Assembly (NCBI GenBank): GCA_003281085.1 | Contig: QCCZ01000002.1 | Span: 11,028 to 75,027 of the forward strand | DNA: 64,000 bases | Reading direction: 5' to 3' | DNA from: OCS155 cluster bacterium AG-349-E07 | Lineage (GTDB): Bacteria > Actinomycetota > Acidimicrobiia > Actinomarinales > Actinomarinaceae | Part shown: piece by piece, positions 17,649-25,681 of the stretch | Layout: every line of letters starts with the position of its first letter | Numbering within the stretch: position 1 is the first letter of the stretch | Notes under the pieces: generated by a model | Databases searched by the model: none | What the model was told of the DNA's origin: nothing | The model's input: the letters and a program-made list of their open reading frames with translations, nothing else | Program-made: the position numbers and the translations under genes

Positions 17649-18653
17649 ATGGGTAACATAGCTATAAATGGTTTTGGAAGAATTGGTAGATCAATTCTAA
17701 GGATTATTGTAGAAAATGATTCTGATATAAATGTTGTGGCAATCAATGATTTAGGGAACTATGAAAATCTTGCATATCTGCTTAAACATGACTCAGTAAT
17801 GGGAATATTAGATAGAAATGTCAGCGTAGCTGGGGATAAATTAATTGTAGATGATAGGACTATACAATTGACTTCAATTAAAGACCCTGCGGAGCTTCCT
17901 TGGAAAGAAATGGATGTTGATGTTGTTGTTGAATCAACTGGAATATTTAGAGATAGTGAATCATTAAATAAGCATCTTGATGCTGGAGCTAAAAAAGTAT
18001 TACTAACTGTACCTCCAAAAGACGATATAGATGCGACAATAGTCCTCGGAGTCAATGATGGTGATCTTAAGCCTGAAGATAAAATAGTTTCAAATGCATC
18101 TTGCACTACAAACTGTTTAGCTCCTATAGCAAAAGTTTTAGATGATAACTTTGGAATTATATCCGGATTGATGACAACTGTACATGCATATACTAATGAT
18201 CAGGCATTAGCTGAAACTACCCATAGTGACTTTAGACGAGGACGTAGTGCAACTCAAAATATTATCCCTACATCAACAGGTGCAGCAAAAGCTGTTGGTA
18301 TGGTTCTTCCAGAACTTAATGGTAAATTAGATGGAATGGCTATGAGAGTACCAGTTCCTGATGGAAGCGTAGTTGATCTTGTCGTTGAATTAGAAAAAAA
18401 AGTCTCTATAGATGATATCAATAAGGCAGTAAAGTATGCAGCAGATAATGAGTTAAATGGAATATTAGAGTATTCAGAAGTTCCTCTTGTATCTACTGAT
18501 ATTTTGAACAATCCGCACTCAAGTATATACGATGCTTCGTCTACTCAGTTACTAGAAGGGAATCATGTAAAAGTAGTTTGCTGGTACGACAATGAGTGGG
18601 GATATTCAAATAGAGTTGTAGATTTAATAGGAAACTTACTAGATAATGGATAA
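17649..18653 (+). CDS. gap: Glyceraldehyde-3-phosphate dehydrogenase (canonical)
   Basis: 334 aa with GFGRIGR, SNASCTTNCLAP, TTVHAYT and MRVPVPDGS. It starts immediately after the stop of the paralogue (TAAATG). Confidence 0.95.
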   Translation: MGNIAINGFGRIGRSILRIIVENDSDINVVAINDLGNYENLAYLLKHDSVMGILDRNVSVAGDKLIVDDRTIQLTSIKDPAELPWKEMDVDVVVESTGIFRDSESLNKHLDAGAKKVLLTVPPKDDIDATIVLGVNDGDLKPEDKIVSNASCTTNCLAPIAKVLDDNFGIISGLMTTVHAYTNDQALAETTHSDFRRGRSATQNIIPTSTGAAKAVGMVLPELNGKLDGMAMRVPVPDGSVVDLVVELEKKVSIDDINKAVKYAADNELNGILEYSEVPLVSTDILNNPHSSIYDASSTQLLEGNHVKVVCWYDNEWGYSNRVVDLIGNLLDNG

Positions 18654-19062
18654 AGAATTACCAGTTGCACCGTCGGCTATTGGAAATTATGTAACATATA
18701 AAAAAGTTGGAAATTACATATATACATCTGGCCACGTTCCATTTACTGAAAAGAAAAAATATCAAGGAAAGATACCTTCTGAGGTATCAATAGAAGATGG
18801 TTATGAAGCTGCTTCCCTATGTGCTGAATTAACTATATCTACACTTTTAGCAAATGGTGAAATTAAAAATCTACAGCCTGTAAATGTATTAGGATTCGTA
18901 AATGCTGATAATGATTTTCAAGATCACGCAAAAGTATTGAATGGTTTTACGGATAAGCTTGCAGAATATTTTGAAGAAAAGTCAACACGGTCTGCTGTTG
19001 GAGTTGCGAGCTTACCACTTAATGTGTCAGTGGAAGTTCAATGTATTTTTGTAAATGAATAA
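18646..19062 (+). CDS. RidA/YjgF/UK114 family protein
   Basis: 138 aa with YIYTSGHVPF and overall RidA-like length and pattern. 8-nt overlap with gap. Confidence 0.65.
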   Translation: MDKELPVAPSAIGNYVTYKKVGNYIYTSGHVPFTEKKKYQGKIPSEVSIEDGYEAASLCAELTISTLLANGEIKNLQPVNVLGFVNADNDFQDHAKVLNGFTDKLAEYFEEKSTRSAVGVASLPLNVSVEVQCIFVNE

Positions 19063-19759
19063 ATTAATTGGAATCTCAACTGGGATAAAAGATGTCCAAA
19101 TGGCACCTGGAAATATTCCATGTGTTGTAATAAACAATGATTTTATAAACTTATGTAACAAATTTGGGAATACTGCAATAGTTATTGGTCCACAAAATGA
19201 TAATCTTGAAATTGATGCTTCAAAATTTGATGCTTTGATAATTTCTGGAGGTGGAGATATAAACCCAGAAAGGTATAACCAAAAAATTGATTCTAAAACA
19301 ATTCGAATATCAGACAATAGAGATTTTACTGAATTGAATCTACTCAAATCTGCAGAAGAAAACAACGTCAAAACTCTTGCAATATGTAGAGGACATCAAT
19401 TATTGAATGTTTATAAAAATGGTACTTTATATCAAGATCTTAATGATTCAGGTTTTAAAGAAATTGAGCACGATAAACCATTCGAAGATGCTCGATCTCA
19501 CATTCATGATATTGAAGTTTATGAAGACTCAAAACTATTTGAAATAATTAAAGAAAAAAACATAATGGTAAATTCTATACATCATCAAGGTATTGATAAA
19601 TTAGGTGAAGATTTAAAAATAACTGCAAAATCAAATGATGGTTTGATTGAAGGAATTGAAACTACTAATGAATGGAATGCTATTGGTATTCAATGGCATC
19701 CAGAAAATATGGTAAAAGATACATATAGTAATTTAATTTTTGACTGGTTAAACAGTTAG
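19055..19759 (+). CDS. Class I glutamine amidotransferase, peptidase C26 / gamma-glutamyl-GABA hydrolase-like
   Basis: 234 aa with the nucleophile elbow AICRGHQLLNV and GIQWHPE. Confidence 0.75.
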   Translation: MNKLIGISTGIKDVQMAPGNIPCVVINNDFINLCNKFGNTAIVIGPQNDNLEIDASKFDALIISGGGDINPERYNQKIDSKTIRISDNRDFTELNLLKSAEENNVKTLAICRGHQLLNVYKNGTLYQDLNDSGFKEIEHDKPFEDARSHIHDIEVYEDSKLFEIIKEKNIMVNSIHHQGIDKLGEDLKITAKSNDGLIEGIETTNEWNAIGIQWHPENMVKDTYSNLIFDWLNS

Positions 19760-20230
19760 GTTGTCATTAATTAAAATAAGTTGATTATTCTGATATGAAA
19801 AAAACTTATCATTATAAGGAATTGGAAAATCAGTTAAATTAGAAACTTTGCAAAATGTAAAGTTTTGAGAATAATAGAACCCAAGTAAAACTAAATCTGA
19901 TTTACCTAAGTTTTTATTTATAAAAAAACCAGGCCAAGGTAATTTACTATCATTTAGAAAATCATTTTTATATTTATCTGAAATAGAGACAACCTTTTCC
20001 CTTAATCTCTCAATTGACTCAATAGTATCAAAATCTTTAAATTTAATTAGATTTCTATCTTTTAAGTGGGTTTTAAAATTCTCAACTATTAATTCTTCAT
20101 TACCAACTTGCATTGATATATTGCTTAAGTCAAACCTTCTAAAAAAATTGTCTATGTTTATATATTGAAATCCCCTAAGTGAGTGAGGTTTACCTAATTT
20201 AGCAACTTGATATAAAGTATTATTAGTCAA
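19748..20230 (-). CDS. rimM: 16S rRNA processing protein RimM
   Basis: 160 aa with the N-terminal VAKLGKPHSLRG, positioned after rpsP-KH. Confidence 0.75.
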   Translation of the reverse strand: MTNNTLYQVAKLGKPHSLRGFQYINIDNFFRRFDLSNISMQVGNEELIVENFKTHLKDRNLIKFKDFDTIESIERLREKVVSISDKYKNDFLNDSKLPWPGFFINKNLGKSDLVLLGFYYSQNFTFCKVSNLTDFPIPYNDKFFSYQNNQLILINDNLTV

Positions 20231-20474
20231 TAAATTCTACGCTAGATTGAAGACCTTCTTCATCTGCTGCTGCTTGAGCTACTGTACGAATCGCTCTAGC
20301 TACTCTTCCTCTTTTACCAATAACTCTTCCCATATCATCTGGAGAAGTTCTAACTTCAATTGTTACATTTTCATCATCTGAATCTGCAATGTCGACTTTC
20401 ACAGACTTGGTGTCCTCCACAATTTGCGTAACAATATATTCAACTACGTTTTTTACAATTGAACCTGCTGCCAT
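20223..20474 (-). CDS. KH-domain RNA-binding protein (YlqC-like)
   Basis: 83 aa with VIGKRGRVARAIRTV, between rpsP and rimM. Confidence 0.8.
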   Translation of the reverse strand: MAAGSIVKNVVEYIVTQIVEDTKSVKVDIADSDDENVTIEVRTSPDDMGRVIGKRGRVARAIRTVAQAAADEEGLQSSVEFID

Positions 20475-20477
20475 AAA

Positions 20478-20870
20478 TTATTCCTCTTCTGTGTCTTCTG
20501 AAGATTCTTCAGAAGTTTCTTCTTGAGTAGCTTCTTCTTTCTTTTTATTTGCCTTTGAACTGCTTTTAACTTTTTCTGCTGGAGGAGCAGGAATAGACAC
20601 AACTTCTCCCTTTGATGATCTCCACTGAGCCCATGCCCCAGAAATTTCTAATAATTTTTTCGCACGCTCTGATGGCTGAGCTCCCTTGTCTAACCATGAC
20701 ACAGCTTTATCAACATTAATTTCAACTTTTGAAGGGTTATGATGCGGATCATAGTAGCCCAAGTCTTCAATAAACTTTCCATCTCTTGGTGAGCGAGAAT
20801 CGGCAACAACTACTCTGTAAGTTCTATTCTTTTTCTTACCTCTTTGTGCAAGTCTTATCTTTACAGGCAT
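20478..20870 (-). CDS. rpsP: 30S ribosomal protein S16 with Lys/Glu-rich C-terminal tail
   Basis: MPVKIRLAQRGKKKNRTYRVVVADSRSPRDGKFIE. The ATG at 20870 (AGGA upstream) is preferred over the TTG at 20894 used by the ORF track. Confidence 0.93.
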   Translation of the reverse strand: MPVKIRLAQRGKKKNRTYRVVVADSRSPRDGKFIEDLGYYDPHHNPSKVEINVDKAVSWLDKGAQPSERAKKLLEISGAWAQWRSSKGEVVSIPAPPAEKVKSSSKANKKKEEATQEETSEESSEDTEEE

Positions 20871-20998
20871 TAATTTCCTTTTTTTAAATAGCAATACATT
20901 ATATTACATTAAGTAGAGCATAAAATGTACTTTTATTAGATTAACTTCTTATCAAAAATAACTAGAAAAGATTTAATGTTTTGCTAACCTAATTTTTA

Positions 20999-21619
20999 AT
21001 GCAAGTAATTGAATTATCTCATCCACTTAAAAGTCACTATTTAACAATACTCAGAAATGAAAATACCAATAGTGAAGAATTTAGAGCATACGCAACCAAA
21101 CTTTCATATTTACTTTTTATTGAAGGTACTAAAAATATTTCATTGAAAGAAAAAAATATAACTACACCATTAGTAGATACTAAGGGTTATGAAGTAGAAA
21201 ACGACAGTGTTGCTATTTCCGTACTAAGAGCTGGACTGGGTTTAATGGATGGAGTTAAAGAGCTTTTGCCAAATGTTTCATTTGGGTATATTGGTGTTCA
21301 AAGAAATGAAGAAACTGCAGAACCAGAATATTATTATGAAAATTTACCAGATTTAAATAACAAAAACGTTTTTATATTAGAACCCATGCTTGCTACCGGA
21401 GGTTCTCTATCTTTTGCCATTGATAAAGTAAAGGAACAAAAACCAAAAGATATTATTGCTCTAACTGTTATTTCTGCCCCCGAGGGTATTGAACGGTTAA
21501 AAAAAGAGCATCCAGATATTACATTGATAACAAGTAATATCGACGAAAAACTTAACGAAAGTTGGTATATAGTTCCAGGCCTTGGAGATATGGGAGATAG
21601 GCTTTTTGGTACAACTTAA
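20999..21619 (+). CDS. upp: Uracil phosphoribosyltransferase
   Basis: 206 aa with LEPMLATGGS (PRPP loop) and VPGLGDMGDR. Confidence 0.9.
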   Translation: MQVIELSHPLKSHYLTILRNENTNSEEFRAYATKLSYLLFIEGTKNISLKEKNITTPLVDTKGYEVENDSVAISVLRAGLGLMDGVKELLPNVSFGYIGVQRNEETAEPEYYYENLPDLNNKNVFILEPMLATGGSLSFAIDKVKEQKPKDIIALTVISAPEGIERLKKEHPDITLITSNIDEKLNESWYIVPGLGDMGDRLFGTT

Positions 21620-22770
21620 TGAAAAGATGTTTTCTTGTTGTTATTGATTCTTTAGGTGTTGGTGAAGCACCTGATGCGGATACATATGGTGATTTAGGAA
21701 CAAATACTCTTTCAAATGTTGCGAATGCTGTAGGTGGTGTCAATTTACCAACTATGGAAAAGTTAGGTTTTGGAAAAATTACTGAAGTAAAAAATATGGA
21801 TACTAACCATATTGCTACTGTTGGAAGACTTTCTGAAAAGTCAATTGGAAATGATTCAACTACTGGACATTGGGAACTTGCAGGTTTAATAACTGAAGAA
21901 GATTTCTCAACTTATCCTGACGGATTTCCACAGGATTTAATTCATTCAATTCAAAAAGAAGCAAATATTGAATTCATAGGCAACAAACATGCATCAGGTA
22001 CTGAAATATTAAAAGAAATGGGAAGAGAGCATCTATCATCGGGAAAATTAATTTTATATACTTCTGGAGATTCAGTTTTTCAAATTGCCGCTCACGAAAA
22101 TATTTGTTCTGTAGAGAAACTTTACAAAATATGCGAGATTTCAAGAAAATATTGTGATCAATACAATATAGGACGAGTAATAGCTAGACCATTTATTGGG
22201 GAATATGACAATTTTGTAAGAACTTATGATAGAAAAGATTTTGGTATGAATCCCCCAGGTGAAACAATCCTAAGTTATTTATACAAAAATAATCTATCTA
22301 CATATGGAATTGGTAAAATCAGTGATTTATTTGGAGAAATGTTTTTAACAACTGCTGTTCATACTGAGGGTGATTCAAATGGACTTGAATACCTTTATGA
22401 TGAAGCAAAAAGTGGTAACCATAATTTTATTTTTGTTAATTTAGTTGACTTAGATATGCTGTATGGCCACAGAGAAGACCCGAATGGTTATTATGAAGGA
22501 TTAAAGCTTATTGATAAAAAAATTCAAAGAATTTTAGATGTCATGAGCGAAAACGACCTAATAATTTTTACAGGTGATCATGGTACAGATCCAACAGACG
22601 GTAAAACAGACCATTCAAGAGAATACGTGCCGATGGTTGCTTATAAAAAAAATTGTAAAGCCGAATATATTGGTGATCTTGAAGGTTTCTATAATGTAGC
22701 TTCAACGATATGTGATTTTTTTGAATTAGATAATATATTTCCAGGTAAAAGCTTTTTAAATCAAATTTAA
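21619..22770 (+). CDS. deoB: Phosphopentomutase
   Basis: 383 aa with VIDSLGVGE and GDHGTDP. Confidence 0.9.
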   Translation: MKRCFLVVIDSLGVGEAPDADTYGDLGTNTLSNVANAVGGVNLPTMEKLGFGKITEVKNMDTNHIATVGRLSEKSIGNDSTTGHWELAGLITEEDFSTYPDGFPQDLIHSIQKEANIEFIGNKHASGTEILKEMGREHLSSGKLILYTSGDSVFQIAAHENICSVEKLYKICEISRKYCDQYNIGRVIARPFIGEYDNFVRTYDRKDFGMNPPGETILSYLYKNNLSTYGIGKISDLFGEMFLTTAVHTEGDSNGLEYLYDEAKSGNHNFIFVNLVDLDMLYGHREDPNGYYEGLKLIDKKIQRILDVMSENDLIIFTGDHGTDPTDGKTDHSREYVPMVAYKKNCKAEYIGDLEGFYNVASTICDFFELDNIFPGKSFLNQI

Positions 22771-22789
22771 CTTATTAACCTAATATCAA

Positions 22790-23617
22790 ATGATTGAAAA
22801 AATAACAGAGTCTAAAGCGTTTATCTCAGAAATCATTGAAGGAAAAACCATAGAATCTGTGATTGTATTAGGATCTGGAATGAGTGGTTTTGAAGAAAAC
22901 TTTAAACCCTTATATCAATTAAATTATTCTGAAATACCTAATTTTTTACAACCTTCTATCGAAGGTCACTCTGGGAAATTAAGTATTGTAGATATTGAGG
23001 GAAAAATAACTGCAATTCTTTCTGGTCGTGCTCATTTTTATGAAGGTTACCCTATTCAAGAATTAGTAATCCCAATAAGAACTTTTATTATGCTAGGTGC
23101 AAAAACTCTAATACTTACGAATGCCGCTGGAGGGATTTCTTCAGAGTATATCCCTGGTGATATTGTTGCGATTACTGACCATATTAATTTAACTGGTGAT
23201 AATCCATTAATTGGTAAAAACTTAGAAGAATTTGGACCAAGATTTCCAGATATGTCTGAAGTGTACAATTCTGAATTGTTGACGTTAGCAGAAAAAGTAG
23301 CGGAAAATCATTTTGAGTTTAAAACTGGTGTATACGCCTGGTTTACTGGTCCTTCTTATGAAACACCTGCAGAAGTAAATTTTGCTAAAAATATAGGAGC
23401 TGATCTTGTTGGAATGTCAACAGTTCCTGAAGCAATTGTAGCCAAGCATGCAGGTATAAAAACTGTAGCTTTTTCATTAGTTACTAATTTAGCCGCTGGA
23501 ATAAGCGAAAATCCATTAGATCATAATGAAGTAATTGAAATTGCTGAGAAATCTAAAGTAAAACTTCAAAACTTTATGAAAGAATTTTTGTCTGAAATAA
23601 ATATCGGTAATAATTAA
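22790..23617 (+). CDS. punA: Purine nucleoside phosphorylase (trimeric PunA type)
   Basis: 275 aa with LILTNAAGG, GPSYETPAE and GMSTVPE. Confidence 0.85.
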   Translation: MIEKITESKAFISEIIEGKTIESVIVLGSGMSGFEENFKPLYQLNYSEIPNFLQPSIEGHSGKLSIVDIEGKITAILSGRAHFYEGYPIQELVIPIRTFIMLGAKTLILTNAAGGISSEYIPGDIVAITDHINLTGDNPLIGKNLEEFGPRFPDMSEVYNSELLTLAEKVAENHFEFKTGVYAWFTGPSYETPAEVNFAKNIGADLVGMSTVPEAIVAKHAGIKTVAFSLVTNLAAGISENPLDHNEVIEIAEKSKVKLQNFMKEFLSEINIGNN

Positions 23618-23637
23618 TTCTAATTAATATAAAATTT

Positions 23638-24387
23638 ATGAACATCACTGTATGCGCTAAACAGATTCCGGATCCAGCAAACGAAACGTCGTATGACAAC
23701 GGAATTATCGTTCGGCCTGAAGAACAAGTTTTAGATGACACTGACAGGTACGGCATTGAAGTTGCACTTCAGTTAAAAGAAAAGTTCGATGCTGAAGTAA
23801 CGATTATTTCCATGGGTCCCGCAGGAACTATGAAAGGCTTACAACAAGCATTACAGATGGGTGCAGATAAAGCATTATATGTAGATGATGACTCTTTAAA
23901 AGGCGCTAATTCTTTAATGACAGCTAATGTTTTAAGTGAACTCGCAAAAACAACCAACGCAGATATTGTTATTTTTGGTACCGAATCTACTGATGGTTAT
24001 TCAGGAACAGTACCACAACAAGTTTCAAGATTTTTGAACTTAGATTGTATATCTTATGTTAAAGCTATAGAAATTGGTGACGATGTATCACTTACTAGGC
24101 AAACATCAGAGGGATCCGAAAAAGTAAAAATGCCACAAAATTGTGTTATATCAGTAACTGCTGGAGGTGTAGAACCTAGATATCCGAATTTTAAAGATAT
24201 TATGGCTGCAAAGTCGAAACCAATAGAAAAAGTTGAATTAAGCACACTAAACATCACTGCAGAACAAAATTTGGAATTTGTGGGCATTGAAGCACTTGAA
24301 AACTTAAAAAATGGTGAAAAAATTATTGATGAAGGAGAAGCTTTCCAAGTTATTGTAGACAAACTTAAGGAACTTAAGGTTATATGA
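23638..24387 (+). CDS. etfB: Electron transfer flavoprotein beta subunit
   Basis: 249 aa with MNITVCAKQIPD, followed by etfA with an ATGA overlap. Confidence 0.85.
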   Translation: MNITVCAKQIPDPANETSYDNGIIVRPEEQVLDDTDRYGIEVALQLKEKFDAEVTIISMGPAGTMKGLQQALQMGADKALYVDDDSLKGANSLMTANVLSELAKTTNADIVIFGTESTDGYSGTVPQQVSRFLNLDCISYVKAIEIGDDVSLTRQTSEGSEKVKMPQNCVISVTAGGVEPRYPNFKDIMAAKSKPIEKVELSTLNITAEQNLEFVGIEALENLKNGEKIIDEGEAFQVIVDKLKELKVI

Positions 24388-25301
24388 AAACATTAATATT
24401 AGGTGAAATTTTAAATGGAACGCTTAGCAGTGGAACATTAGAGATAATTAAAAAAGCACAAGATGAAAGTCTAGATTATCAAGTTGTAACAATAGGAAGT
24501 GACGATGTGCCAAAAATTGGTTGCGAATCTTTTAAACAAACCTATATCAAAAGAAGCAGTGAATCTTTACAATTCAGTAAAGTTACAGATTTGATAACAA
24601 AAATTGTGAATGATGAAGGTATAAACCTGATCTTAGGGTCATCCACATATCTTTGTAGAGATCTGATTTCTTTTATCTCTGTAGACTTAAATTCAAGTCC
24701 TGTTTCAAATGTGATTGATTTTGAAATTAATGGAGATGTAGTTTCAACAATTAACTCTATTAATGGCGGCGAAAGTTTATATAAATCTAATATTGAATCT
24801 GATCATTCGCTTTTATTAATAAGACCAAAATCTTTTGAACCTGCTGATGTTGAATTAAATGATAATTTTGAGACTATTGAAGTAGAAAATTCTGATGTTT
24901 CTATTTTTGATATTTATAAAGAAGAAAAAACTGGTCCACAATTGGAAGATTCAAAAGTAGTGATATCAGCTGGAAGAGGTCTGGTAGAGAAAGAAAATTT
25001 AGTTATTGTTGAAGAATTAGCAGCAAAATTGAATGCAGCTATTGGCGGAACTAGAGCAATTGTAGATGCAGGATGGATGCCATATTCACAGCAGGTAGGT
25101 CAAACAGGTAAAACAGTGAAACCAGATGTTTATATTGCCTGTGGAATATCTGGAGCTACACAACACCAGGTGGGGATGAAAGATTCAAAATTCATAATTG
25201 CAATTAATAAAGATGAAGAGGCACCAATATTTCAATTAGCTGATTTAGGTATCGTTGGTGATACTTTAAGTGTTATTCCGAAAATTAATCAAAATCTTTA
25301 A
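24384..25301 (+). CDS. etfA: Electron transfer flavoprotein alpha subunit
   Basis: 305 aa with the C-terminal FAD motif GISGATQHQVGM. Confidence 0.85.
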   Translation: MKTLILGEILNGTLSSGTLEIIKKAQDESLDYQVVTIGSDDVPKIGCESFKQTYIKRSSESLQFSKVTDLITKIVNDEGINLILGSSTYLCRDLISFISVDLNSSPVSNVIDFEINGDVVSTINSINGGESLYKSNIESDHSLLLIRPKSFEPADVELNDNFETIEVENSDVSIFDIYKEEKTGPQLEDSKVVISAGRGLVEKENLVIVEELAAKLNAAIGGTRAIVDAGWMPYSQQVGQTGKTVKPDVYIACGISGATQHQVGMKDSKFIIAINKDEEAPIFQLADLGIVGDTLSVIPKINQNL

Positions 25302-25681
25302 AATTTAAAATTATAAGGAAGTATTTCGTCAAAGGTGTATTCTTTGTAACCATCTTTATCAACAACAATGACATTCTTTGTGTCAAATTCAGCTAATCTC
25401 TGACGAGAAATTCCACATGGAAATATTGCAGTGTCTGATTCAGCATCAATACATGCAACCGCAATTGTTTCAATACTCTTTTCACCTTCTGATATAGCCT
25501 TAACCACTGCAACATCTTCCGCACAAACTGTTGCTGGATATGATGCATTTTCAATATTGCAACCAGTATATACATTTCCAGAGTCGGTAATCAGTGCAGC
25601 ACCAACTCTAAAATTTGAATATGGTGCATATGCTTTTTCTGCAATATTTCTAGCTAAATCAGCTAAGTCGCTATTTTTCAT
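25298..25681 (-). CDS. cdd: Cytidine deaminase (homotetrameric type) with an atypical zinc site
   Basis: 127 aa. CAE (C53, E55) is present, but the PCGxCRQ box reads PCGISRQ (Ser codon TCT at 25408..25406). Confidence 0.8.
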   Translation of the reverse strand: MKNSDLADLARNIAEKAYAPYSNFRVGAALITDSGNVYTGCNIENASYPATVCAEDVAVVKAISEGEKSIETIAVACIDAESDTAIFPCGISRQRLAEFDTKNVIVVDKDGYKEYTFDEILPYNFKF

